Part shown: one piece after another, positions 25,929-34,242 of the stretch
Position numbering within the stretch: position 1 is the stretch's first letter
Layout: every line of letters begins with the position of its first letter
Source: Candidatus Iainarchaeum sp.
GTDB lineage: Archaea; Iainarchaeota; Iainarchaeia; Iainarchaeales; JAZDDZ01
Length of the DNA stretch: 44,618 nucleotides
NCBI GenBank assembly: GCA_043809245.1
Contig: JAZDDZ010000009.1
Span: 1 to 44,618, forward strand
Direction: 5' to 3'
Made by a program: the position numbers and the translations under genes
Notes under the pieces: model-generated
Database searches by the model: none
Told to the model about the DNA's origin: nothing
The model's input: only the letters and a program-made list of their open reading frames with translations

Positions 25929-26549
25929 ATGCCCGGCAAGGAAAAGGAATTAGCGGAACTTGAAGCGCTTCTTGCGGAAATGAAGGAGATGAACGTACAG
26001 CTGAAAAACAAAATCGGCTCGCTGGAGGACGACTTCATCGGGCTGATGATAATAAACGAATTGAAGCTAGCGGAAGCGGGAACAGAGCTTTTGAGGATTT
26101 TAAGGCACGATGAAAATATGCCCGGCATCTATATCACGGCAAACAAGCCTTATGCCACAATGGTAAAGCACCTTGAAAAACAAAAGGTTGACATTGAAGG
26201 GATATTCTTCATTGACTGCGTGAGCCATGAGGGAAAAAACAGCGCAATAAAAAATGATTCATGCGTAGTGGTTGACGGCCTCAAGGAATTGACGCAACTG
26301 GAAATAGCGTTCGAGAAGGCAATAAAGGGCGCAAAAAACAACGAAATTTTCATAGTGCTTGACTCTATTTCAACGCTTATGATATACCATGACGCGAAAA
26401 TAATTGAAAGGTTCATCCATTCCACTATTACAAAGATAAGGGAAAAAGAAGGAATGCGGGCCTTTTTCATCGCGGTTGACTCGCATGAAAACGCGCCGCT
26501 GATTACAAGCATAGCGCAGTTCTGCGACAAAGTAGTGAAAATAGATTAA
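25929..26549 (+). CDS. P-loop-less KaiC/RecA-fold protein
   Basis: GIYITANKPY, FFIDCVS, IVLDSISTLMIY, IERFIH and AQFCDKVVKID; no Walker A. Start taken as ATG 25929. Confidence 0.8.
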   Translation: MPGKEKELAELEALLAEMKEMNVQLKNKIGSLEDDFIGLMIINELKLAEAGTELLRILRHDENMPGIYITANKPYATMVKHLEKQKVDIEGIFFIDCVSHEGKNSAIKNDSCVVVDGLKELTQLEIAFEKAIKGAKNNEIFIVLDSISTLMIYHDAKIIERFIHSTITKIREKEGMRAFFIAVDSHENAPLITSIAQFCDKVVKID

Positions 26550-26557
26550 AAAAAAGC

Positions 26558-27280
26558 GTGTTCAAAATGCCTGCAAAAAAAGAATTCACAGTGGAAAGGA
26601 CAAAATCAGGCATTCCTGGCCTGGACGAATTAATGGGAGGGGGCGTGCCAAAAGGAAACCTTGTGGTTTTAAGCGGAGACCCTGGAAGCGGGAAAACCGT
26701 TTTCTGCTGGCAATTCCTCTATGAAGGCGCGAAAACATTCGCAGAAAACGGAGTGTATGTTAGCTTAGAGGAAACAGAGGAATCAATACTTGAAGGCGCA
26801 AAGGAATTCGGCTGGGAATTAAAGGAATTAATTGACAAGGGAAAGCTGAAAATAATCACAATAGAGCTTTACGATTTTGAAAGATTGAAGAACACGATTG
26901 AGGACACGATAAGGAGCATTGGCGCGAAAAGGGTTGTCGTAGACCCTGGCGTAATTTTCAGGCTTTTCTTTGAAAGGGAACTGGATGCAAGGAAAAGAAT
27001 TGTGTCGCTTGCAAAGCTCTTGAAGGCAATGAACTGCACTTCAATAATCACAAACGAAATAGCCTTGGACAAGATGAGCTCGCTTTACGGATTGGAGGAA
27101 TATGTTGCGGACGGCGTCATACTAATGTACCACACAAAAATAAAGAACAAGTTCATAAGAAGCATCGGCATACTCAAGATGAGGAACACTGAAATATCGG
27201 AACAGCTGAGGCCCATAAAGATAACAAGCGGCGGCCTAAAGGTTTTGAGCAAATCAGAGCTGTTTGAAAACGTGGAATAG
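26558..27280 (+). CDS. KaiC/RAD55-like ATPase 3 (single domain)
   Basis: ERTKSGIPGLDELMGGG, GDPGSGKT, YVSLEE, GLEEYVADGVI and ILKMRNT. Confidence 0.93.
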   Translation: MFKMPAKKEFTVERTKSGIPGLDELMGGGVPKGNLVVLSGDPGSGKTVFCWQFLYEGAKTFAENGVYVSLEETEESILEGAKEFGWELKELIDKGKLKIITIELYDFERLKNTIEDTIRSIGAKRVVVDPGVIFRLFFERELDARKRIVSLAKLLKAMNCTSIITNEIALDKMSSLYGLEEYVADGVILMYHTKIKNKFIRSIGILKMRNTEISEQLRPIKITSGGLKVLSKSELFENVE

Positions 27281-27288
27281 GGAACAAA

Positions 27289-27972
27289 ATGCCCTCTGAA
27301 AAAAAAATTAAAAGCAAGGAAACAGATTCAAGCCCAGGCGACTGGGAAAACATAAGGCTTCTCACGGAAAAAGACTTGGAGGACCTTTTAAGCGACAAAA
27401 ACAAGATGGATTTGGAACTTGAAAGGAAAATGTCCGAGCTGAAAAAAGGGCAGACCGTGCTTGTAATAGTGCAGCCTGAGAATTACGCTGAATCAAGGAT
27501 GGGGCTCATAAGGCGTTTTGCTGGAAAAAAGAAAATGGACGGGGTTTTCGTAACAGTGAACAAGCCTTACAGGAAGATAACGGAAGAAGCGGAAAATGAA
27601 AAAATTGACATCACAAAAATGCGGTTCATTGACCTGATAAGCAAAACCACGGACAGCGTGGAGGAAGGCGATGGCGGCACGGGGTCAAAGGTGGACTTTC
27701 TTGAAAGCACAGGGGATTTGACTGAATTGGTAATGGCGTGCGAGAAAAGGATTGGCGAAATCAGCGGGGACAAGTTTTTCGTGCTGGACTCTGTTTCCGC
27801 GCTGCTTGTGTACAATGAATCGGATGCTGTTGAAAAATTCATTCACACAATGATAAACAAGATAAGCAGGGAAAAGGCACAGGGAATACTGCTGATAATC
27901 GAAAGCAGGGAATTCGAGGGCGCAATCCAGACCCTGAGCCAGTTCTGCGACAAAGTAGTGAAAATACTCTGA
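27289..27972 (+). CDS. P-loop-less KaiC/RecA-fold protein
   Basis: GVFVTVNKPY, FIDLIS, FVLDSVSALLVY, VEKFIH and SQFCDKVVKIL. Confidence 0.8.
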   Translation: MPSEKKIKSKETDSSPGDWENIRLLTEKDLEDLLSDKNKMDLELERKMSELKKGQTVLVIVQPENYAESRMGLIRRFAGKKKMDGVFVTVNKPYRKITEEAENEKIDITKMRFIDLISKTTDSVEEGDGGTGSKVDFLESTGDLTELVMACEKRIGEISGDKFFVLDSVSALLVYNESDAVEKFIHTMINKISREKAQGILLIIESREFEGAIQTLSQFCDKVVKIL

Positions 27973-27980
27973 AACAAGTG

Positions 27981-29306
27981 CTATTGGCTTAGGGAAATTT
28001 TTTCGCCGAGAACAGAGGAAACGCTTGCCTCGACTTTTTCCCGCAGGGAATCAAGCTGCTTTTCCTTTTCCAAGACAATTGACTTCATTTTATCCGTGTC
28101 GCCTGAAAGCGAGGCGAGCTTTTTTTCCGCGGAAGAAACCTTTGACTCAAGTGATTCCTTTTCCGAAAGAACCTGGTTTTCGGAAAGCGCTGCCTCAACT
28201 TCGTTCAATGACTTGTCAAGCTCGTTCAGCTTCCAGAAAAAAGAGCCGAAAAAATCAAAGGACTGGAGCTCGTTCAATGCTGCAAGGCGCTTTTCAATTT
28301 CATCTGGCTTGAGAGAAACCGCGCCGTCCTCAATCGCCTTCCCCAAAGAAAGCAGGACCTTTTTGAATGAATCCGCGCGCGGGTCCTGGCGCAATGCAAG
28401 GAAAGGGTCGGAAAGAAAAAGCTTCAATGAATGCGCTTCAGGCCCATCCAAGGGAAATGCCTTTGATTCCGCGAGCTGCTGGAAGCGCCTCAAAGGCTTG
28501 TCAATGCGCGAGAGAAGGTCAAAGATTTTCTGCCTTAACCGCTCTTTTTCGGAAATGATTTCGCCTTTCTCGGAAAGAAGCCTGTCCAGCGAAGAAGCCT
28601 TGCCTGACGACGCAAGTTCTCCAAGCTCTTCGGAAAGCTTTTGCTTCTGCAATGAAAGGGATTTCATTTCACGTTCAATTGATGAAAGGGATTTCCTTGA
28701 CTCGTTAAGCGAGGAAATCTGCGTGCCAAGCCGCAAGGCATCAGTTCGGACCGCTTCGGTTTTTCCAATTTCGCTTTCAACCACAATGGTTTGGAGCGAC
28801 GCAAAGGTTTTGTCAAGCTCCTTGAAAAGCCTTCCCAAGCCGCGCATCTCATCCTTCAGGACAAGGCCTGAAATCGCAATGCTTTTGCTGAACTGCGCCA
28901 GCTCCTTCTGCAGGAAAGGCCTTGAATTAACGCAGTAATCGCGCAATAACTCAAAATCTGTTTTCGAAGGGGGCTCAAGCTTCAGGAGAACAGATTGGAA
29001 TGTTTGCACGAATTTGCGCTGCGAAGTGGAAACAATTTTCCGGAAACGCTTATGGACATCAGCCCCTTCCTCCACGTTCTTTGCGCCCATTTCACCCAGC
29101 TGCGCGCGCACCTCATTCAACAAATGCTTTACTTCCGCGAAACGGCTGAAAACATCGCGCTCGAATTGCTCTTTCCCCGAGCCGATCCTTTTGTCTATGA
29201 GCTCAAGCAAGTCATCGGAAGAAATTGCCCTGGAAGCCTTCGGCGCTTTGGCTGAGCCGGAAAATGAAAAAAGCTTCTTCAGCCAGTTAAGGAAAGAGAA
29301 AGCCAT
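27981..29306 (-). CDS. Uncharacterised long coiled-coil protein
   Basis: Extended heptad repeats and no ATPase motifs. Start placed at ATG 29306 (MAFSFLNWLKKLF), which removes the overlap with the divergent gene. Confidence 0.75.
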   Translation of the reverse strand: MAFSFLNWLKKLFSFSGSAKAPKASRAISSDDLLELIDKRIGSGKEQFERDVFSRFAEVKHLLNEVRAQLGEMGAKNVEEGADVHKRFRKIVSTSQRKFVQTFQSVLLKLEPPSKTDFELLRDYCVNSRPFLQKELAQFSKSIAISGLVLKDEMRGLGRLFKELDKTFASLQTIVVESEIGKTEAVRTDALRLGTQISSLNESRKSLSSIEREMKSLSLQKQKLSEELGELASSGKASSLDRLLSEKGEIISEKERLRQKIFDLLSRIDKPLRRFQQLAESKAFPLDGPEAHSLKLFLSDPFLALRQDPRADSFKKVLLSLGKAIEDGAVSLKPDEIEKRLAALNELQSFDFFGSFFWKLNELDKSLNEVEAALSENQVLSEKESLESKVSSAEKKLASLSGDTDKMKSIVLEKEKQLDSLREKVEASVSSVLGEKISLSQ

Positions 29307-29319
29307 ACAGAAAATCCGG

Positions 29320-29345
29320 GGGAAAGCCTTTTTAAGCATTTTAAC
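29320..29345. promoter_or_regulatory. Compact bidirectional promoter region
   Basis: GGAAAGCCTTTTTAAG resembles the pilin promoter GGAAAGCCTTTTAAAT. Divergent starts at 29306 and 29360/29369. Confidence 0.5.
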
Positions 29346-29359
29346 AAAAAAAGGATACA

Positions 29360-29941
29360 GTGTTTGCAGTGAAAAAAGTTTTAGGCTACTGGATTGCGCT
29401 GGTTTTGGTGCTGGTGGTTGCGTTCGCCTTGCTTGTTTCAATGTACAGGTCAAGCGCTGTCCCGATGAGCGGGCTCATAACAATGCAGGACGAGCAAATC
29501 CTGAACAACGCATTCTCCGGAACAAAACTGAAAGCCGACTACGTGAAAACGATCAACGACAGCCTGTCAACAGTGCCCGGTTTTGTGATAAGCATTTTCG
29601 GAAACGAAAGAATTAACCTTATGGTGAAAATGGATGACGGAAGCGGGAGAAAATTCGGGATAATTTCAAGCAACGGAAAGGTTGCGGAAGCATACAGTGC
29701 GTATTTAACAAAGCCGACAATGGAGGCAACCGCAAAGGAAAGCACAATACAAAGGATAAGGAAATCCAATGCCCCGGTGAGTGAGTTCACGAAAGCGCTG
29801 AACAGCGGGGAAATACAGTACAAGGGCATTGGGCTGGGAAACCAAGTCAAGGAAGCAGGGGTAAAGGCAGGCTCAAGCATTTATGGAATAGCTGATTCTT
29901 TTTTGGGCTTCTTTAACGGAATATTCGGCAGAAAAAAATAA
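29360..29941 (+). CDS. Membrane-anchored uncharacterised archaeal protein (possible SCP2-like fold)
   Basis: N-terminal TM helix, then IFGNERINL...PTMEATAKESTIQRI...ALNSGEIQYKGIG. Confidence 0.65.
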   Translation: MFAVKKVLGYWIALVLVLVVAFALLVSMYRSSAVPMSGLITMQDEQILNNAFSGTKLKADYVKTINDSLSTVPGFVISIFGNERINLMVKMDDGSGRKFGIISSNGKVAEAYSAYLTKPTMEATAKESTIQRIRKSNAPVSEFTKALNSGEIQYKGIGLGNQVKEAGVKAGSSIYGIADSFLGFFNGIFGRKK

Positions 29942-30009
29942 CCAGTTAATGCGCAGGGGAAATGCACTCTCTCGTCGCCCTTAAAAACCCTTCAAAAAAG
30001 AAATAGTTT

Positions 30010-31413
30010 ATGGCAAAGGAAATGCGCGAAAAGGCGAAAGAGATAGCGGAAGAGCTGCGCAAAAAAGACAACTTTGCAGTAATACACCATTATGACGCGG
30101 ACGGCATTGCCGCGGGTGCAATCGCGTGCAAAATGCTTCAAGGCGAAGGAAAAGAGGTTAAAGCAAAAGCCGTGAAACAGCTGTACAATGAAACAATTGA
30201 GGAAATCCGCGGCTTGGGGGAAACTTACGTTTTCGTTGACTTCGGCTCTGGGCAAATGAGGCTGCTGCAAAAAGAATTCGGGAAAAACTTTTTTGTAATG
30301 GACCACCATCAACAGGAAGAAACAGGGGAAAGGCACGAATTTGAATTGAACCCGTATCAGTTTGGCGTGAATGGAGGCACTGAAATAAGCGGCGCCGGAA
30401 CAACTTATTTTGTTGCAAGGGAATTGAACAAAAAAAACAGGAAGCTGTCAGCGCTCGCGGTTGTTGGAGCGGTTGGGGATATGCAGGATTTCCGCGGAAA
30501 ACTTGAGGGAGTGAACGCGGAAATAGTTAACGAAGCTGTTGAAGAAGGTGTTATGGAGAAAAAAATTGACTTAAGGCTTTATGGCAGGATTTCAAGGCCA
30601 TTGGCGCAGTTTTTGGAGTTCTCAAGCAATCCAATTATTCCTGGGCTGACTGCAAACGAGGAGAATTGCAAAAAATTCCTTTCACAGGCGGGAATAGGCG
30701 TGAAAGAGGAATCCGAGGGGGGAAGGTGGAGAAGCTACGAGGACTTAAGCGCTGCGGAGAAAAAAAAGCTGAGCAGCGCGCTCATTGAATACATGTATTT
30801 GCAGAATGTTAAGGAGTGGAAAATAAGGGAAATGATTGGGGAGATTTACACACTCATTGGAGAGGAAAGGAAAAGCCCGTTAAGGGACGCGAAAGAGACA
30901 GCCACACTTTTCAACAGCTGCGGCCGCCACGGAATGGCGGAAGTGGCATTGGCAGTTGCAATGGGTGACAGGCAGGAAAAATACAGCCAGGCGCTTGGAT
31001 TGCTTGTAGAGCACAGGAAACAGCTGCGTGAAGGAATACAATTAATCAAGGGAAAAGGCGTGGAAGAATTTGAATCATTCTATTTTTTTGACGCTGGAAA
31101 AGAAGTCAAGGACTCAATTGTTGGAATAATCGCGGGAATGCTTTACGACGGAGAATTCATTCAGCCAAACAAGCCAGTAATTGCAATGGCGCGGCACTCC
31201 GATGGAACAGTTAAGGTAAGTGCAAGGGCGACAAGCGAATTGGTGAGGAACGGATTGAATCTGGGAAAGATTTTGAAAGAAGCCTGCGAGGAAATCGGGG
31301 ATGAAAGCGAGGGCGGCGGGCACAAAATCGCTGCCGGATGCAAAATAAAGGAAAAAAACAGGGAACGGTTTTTGGAAGTGCTTGGGGAAAAAATCAAAAG
31401 CAGCAGGTTGTAA
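30010..31413 (+). CDS. recJ: RecJ/GAN-like DHH-family exonuclease
   Basis: HHYDADG, FVDFGSG, MDHH, GAVGD, and the DHHA1 motif GGGHKIAAG. Confidence 0.88.
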   Translation: MAKEMREKAKEIAEELRKKDNFAVIHHYDADGIAAGAIACKMLQGEGKEVKAKAVKQLYNETIEEIRGLGETYVFVDFGSGQMRLLQKEFGKNFFVMDHHQQEETGERHEFELNPYQFGVNGGTEISGAGTTYFVARELNKKNRKLSALAVVGAVGDMQDFRGKLEGVNAEIVNEAVEEGVMEKKIDLRLYGRISRPLAQFLEFSSNPIIPGLTANEENCKKFLSQAGIGVKEESEGGRWRSYEDLSAAEKKKLSSALIEYMYLQNVKEWKIREMIGEIYTLIGEERKSPLRDAKETATLFNSCGRHGMAEVALAVAMGDRQEKYSQALGLLVEHRKQLREGIQLIKGKGVEEFESFYFFDAGKEVKDSIVGIIAGMLYDGEFIQPNKPVIAMARHSDGTVKVSARATSELVRNGLNLGKILKEACEEIGDESEGGGHKIAAGCKIKEKNRERFLEVLGEKIKSSRL

Positions 31414-31428
31414 GTTTTTTTGGCTGTA

Positions 31429-32040
31429 CTATGCTTTTACGCCGTATCTTTCCAGTTTTGTTAATAGCAGCGCCATATCGTTTCTTTCATGGTCGTAGTA
31501 AACAGTTTTGAAGCCCATTTTTTTGGGCACTTTCAAATTTTGTTTTGCATTGTCAATGAATATGCTTTCCTTGGCTTTTGCATTTAATGATTTCAGCGCA
31601 TCCTGAAATATTATTTTGCCGTTTTTCGTTGCATTAACCTTTGCGGACAGCGTTATGCTATCAAACAAATCGTTTAGCTTAAATTTTTCGGTGAGAAGGT
31701 CAAAACGTTCTTTGTTGTTGTCTGTGATAATTCCCAGCTTATAGCGGTTCTTTAGTTTGCCGGCCAAAACAAGCATTTTCTTGTTTAAAGGCGTGGATAG
31801 GAATGCCTTTTCCAGCAAATCCCTGCCAATATTTTTCCCAACGCATTTGCAGAAATCCACCCACATTCTTGTATGGGTCGTCTTGTTTAGGTTAAGTTTT
31901 TTGCTGTGGAGGCGATAACCGCGGATTAGGCGATCCAAATCAAATCCGGTTTCCTTGCTTAGGTTTAAACAAGTGCTGTACCAGCCATTTTTGTGTGTGG
32001 TCAGAACTCCATCAAAATCAAAAAAAATTGCTTTAATCAT
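31429..32040 (-). CDS. HAD-superfamily hydrolase
   Basis: IFFDFDGVL motif I, IITDN, and K...IFIDN..NL. Confidence 0.88.
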   Translation of the reverse strand: MIKAIFFDFDGVLTTHKNGWYSTCLNLSKETGFDLDRLIRGYRLHSKKLNLNKTTHTRMWVDFCKCVGKNIGRDLLEKAFLSTPLNKKMLVLAGKLKNRYKLGIITDNNKERFDLLTEKFKLNDLFDSITLSAKVNATKNGKIIFQDALKSLNAKAKESIFIDNAKQNLKVPKKMGFKTVYYDHERNDMALLLTKLERYGVKA

Positions 32041-32070
32041 GAAGAACCATCTTGCGATTAAGGCGGCTGG

Positions 32071-32700
32071 CTAATCAATCCTTATTACCTTGTCGCAGAA
32101 CTGCGCAAGCTTTTGCAACGAGACCTTATCCTCGGGGCTTTCAACCGCAATGAATAATCCTTTTGCGCCGGGAGTGGAACTGATGCGCGAGGCAAGAACA
32201 TGCACAAAGCGCTCAACTGTTTTCGGCTTGTGGTAAATGGAGAGAGTGGAAATTGAATCCAAAACAATGAAAATTTTTTTGCTGGAACTCAGGGACATTG
32301 CCTTGTCAAGCGCAATTGTGAGCGAGGAAAGGTCAGAGAGTGAATCAACGAATAAAACGTTTTTTTCCGCTGCCGATGCCCCTTTTCCCATTTTCCTTGA
32401 AACACAGTCAATGAAGACTATTCCGCCAGTGGGAATGCCATTAGAGGAAAGGCGTTTCATCAGGGAATCAAAAGGCCTGTTGCCTGTGATGTAAATTCCA
32501 GACAAGCCCTTTTTTTCAATCAAAACGCGCAAAAGCGCTGTGTTTATTTCCGAAAAACGGTCGGGATTAATGACTAAAAGGGAAACGAATTCATCTCCCA
32601 ACGCATCGAGCTTTTGCTCCAAATCAGCGCTTAACCTCTTCACAGGGTCGACAAAAGCGGAAAGCGCGTCAATTTTTGAGTTACGGGAAGTATCAGCCAT
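32071..32700 (-). CDS. P-loop-less KaiC/RecA-fold protein
   Basis: GIYITGNRPF, VFIDCVS, IVLDSISTLSIY, VERFVH and AQFCDKVIRID. Start taken as ATG 32700 (MADTSRN). Confidence 0.8.
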   Translation of the reverse strand: MADTSRNSKIDALSAFVDPVKRLSADLEQKLDALGDEFVSLLVINPDRFSEINTALLRVLIEKKGLSGIYITGNRPFDSLMKRLSSNGIPTGGIVFIDCVSRKMGKGASAAEKNVLFVDSLSDLSSLTIALDKAMSLSSSKKIFIVLDSISTLSIYHKPKTVERFVHVLASRISSTPGAKGLFIAVESPEDKVSLQKLAQFCDKVIRID

Positions 32701-32769
32701 ATGCAGGAAATTGGGCTGAAATGATAATAAAAAAGAATAGGCGGAAAAAACATATAGGTGCATTGAAAA

Positions 32770-34071
32770 ATGAAGGGAAACAAGCTGAAAATAGGGCTGC
32801 TTGGCTTTGGAACAGTCGGCCAGGGCGTGTTCAGGGGAATAAGGGAAAACAGGAAACTTATAAAGCAAAGGGCAGGCCTTGAACTAGAGGTTAAAAAAAT
32901 CTGCGTGAGAAACAAGAAAAAGAAAAGGAGCCTGAAAGTTTCTGAAAAAATGCTTACAACTAAAGCCGAAGAAATAATCAATGACAGGGAAATAGACGTT
33001 GTCGTTGAGCTGATGGGTGGAATAGAGCCGGCTAAAACACACATAACTAACGCTTTAAGGAAAGGAAAGTTTGTTGTAACCGCGAACAAGGCATTGCTTG
33101 CAAGGCATGGAACAGAATTGTTCAGGGAAGCCGAGAGGAACAAAGCAGACATTTACTTTGAGGCATCGGTTTGCGGAGGCATTCCAATCATTCTTGCGTT
33201 AAGCCTTGGATTGAGCGCGAACAGAATCAAGTCAATGCATGGCATACTCAATGGAACATGCAACTACATTTTGACTAAAATGAGCAAGGAAGGAAAAGGT
33301 TTTGGGGAAGCATTGAAGGAAGCGCAGGAAAAAGGCTTTGCGGAAGCCAATCCAGCGTTTGATGTGGAAGGATTGGATGCAAGGCAAAAGCTCGCGATTC
33401 TTGCATCGCTGGCATTCAACGCGGAAATAGGTGAAAGGCAGATTTTCGCGGAAGGGATAACGGGAATAACTGACAAAGATATAGAGTATGCTAAAGAAAT
33501 GGGCTATTGCATAAAGCTTTTGGGAATAGCGAAAAACGACGGGAAAAAGCTTGAGTTAAGGGTGTGCCCTGCAATGATTCCATTGGAGCACCCGCTTGCA
33601 GCGGTAAGCAATGAATTCAATGCCGTGCTCTTGGACGGGGATTTAATGGGGGAACAGCTTTTTTACGGCAAAGGAGCGGGAAGCGGGCCTACGGCTTCAG
33701 CGGTAATAGCCGACTTAATAAACGTGGGGCAGGACATCGCAAACAAAAGCAGCGGAAAAATTCATTTAATGGACTTGGCGCACAAGCGAAAAAAAGGAGT
33801 CAAAGCCATTGGGGAAACAGAATCAAAGTATTATCTGCGGATGAAAGTGAAAAACCAGGCAGGAGTGCTTGCAAAAATAGCAAAGGCATTGGGGGAGAAC
33901 AATGCAAGCATTGAAACAGTCGTGCAAAAAGAGCCAACGAAAAAAAACGCGGTAATCGTGCTGATGCTTTACAATGCGAGGGAGAAAAACATCAGGAAAG
34001 CGCTGGAAGAAATCGCGAAAACCAGCGTGTTAAAGGGAAAACCAAGGCTTATAAGAGTGGAAGATATTTAA
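32770..34071 (+). CDS. hom: Homoserine dehydrogenase with C-terminal ACT domain
   Basis: GLLGFGTVG, VVTANKA, FEASVCGGIPII, GILNGTCNYIL, DVEGLDA and GKGAG.GPTASAV. Confidence 0.95.
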   Translation: MKGNKLKIGLLGFGTVGQGVFRGIRENRKLIKQRAGLELEVKKICVRNKKKKRSLKVSEKMLTTKAEEIINDREIDVVVELMGGIEPAKTHITNALRKGKFVVTANKALLARHGTELFREAERNKADIYFEASVCGGIPIILALSLGLSANRIKSMHGILNGTCNYILTKMSKEGKGFGEALKEAQEKGFAEANPAFDVEGLDARQKLAILASLAFNAEIGERQIFAEGITGITDKDIEYAKEMGYCIKLLGIAKNDGKKLELRVCPAMIPLEHPLAAVSNEFNAVLLDGDLMGEQLFYGKGAGSGPTASAVIADLINVGQDIANKSSGKIHLMDLAHKRKKGVKAIGETESKYYLRMKVKNQAGVLAKIAKALGENNASIETVVQKEPTKKNAVIVLMLYNAREKNIRKALEEIAKTSVLKGKPRLIRVEDI

Positions 34072-34096
34072 AGGCTACGCGGCAAAAATAATGCAT

Positions 34097-34192
34097 AGAA
34101 GTGGCTTTTATGGCTTGCTGTAAAAAAAGTTCCGGAAAAGGTTCCATGAATGGAAAAAAGACAGCAAAGGCAAAGCCGTAAGAAGCCTTTCT
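34097..34192 (+). other. Long intergenic stem-loop between hom and lysC
   Basis: 34097-34121 pairs with 34161-34192 (~24 bp including G-U pairs and bulges). Inner hairpin UUCCA-UGAA-UGGAA (34142-34155). Confidence 0.5.
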
Positions 34193-34242
34193 CCAGCAAT
34201 TTTTTGGGAAGGGTTTAAAAAAACCAGACGGAAGTGGAAAAA

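Noticed and set aside
11081-27280. Circadian clock (kaiABC) or RadA/RadB recombinase calls for the ATPases
   Set aside because: They are single-domain proteins with no KaiA/KaiB in the window, no S/T phosphosite pair and no RadA N-terminal HhH domain.
27981-29453. SMC/Rad50/SbcC ATPase, and the longer 490-aa start
   Set aside because: No Walker A/B, signature motif or zinc hook. The upstream extension overlaps the divergent gene and its promoter.
28096-29616. Long antisense/alternative-frame ORFs (e.g. 28096-28938, 29014-29616; similarly 10918-11673, 22045-22668, 35025-35666)
   Set aside because: They are Ser/Phe-rich shadows of real genes on the opposite strand and have no recognisable motifs.
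34090-34200. Lysine riboswitch upstream of lysC
   Set aside because: Only a superficial AUAGAAGUG start. It lacks the five-way junction and conserved segments, and lysC appears to have its own promoter downstream of it.
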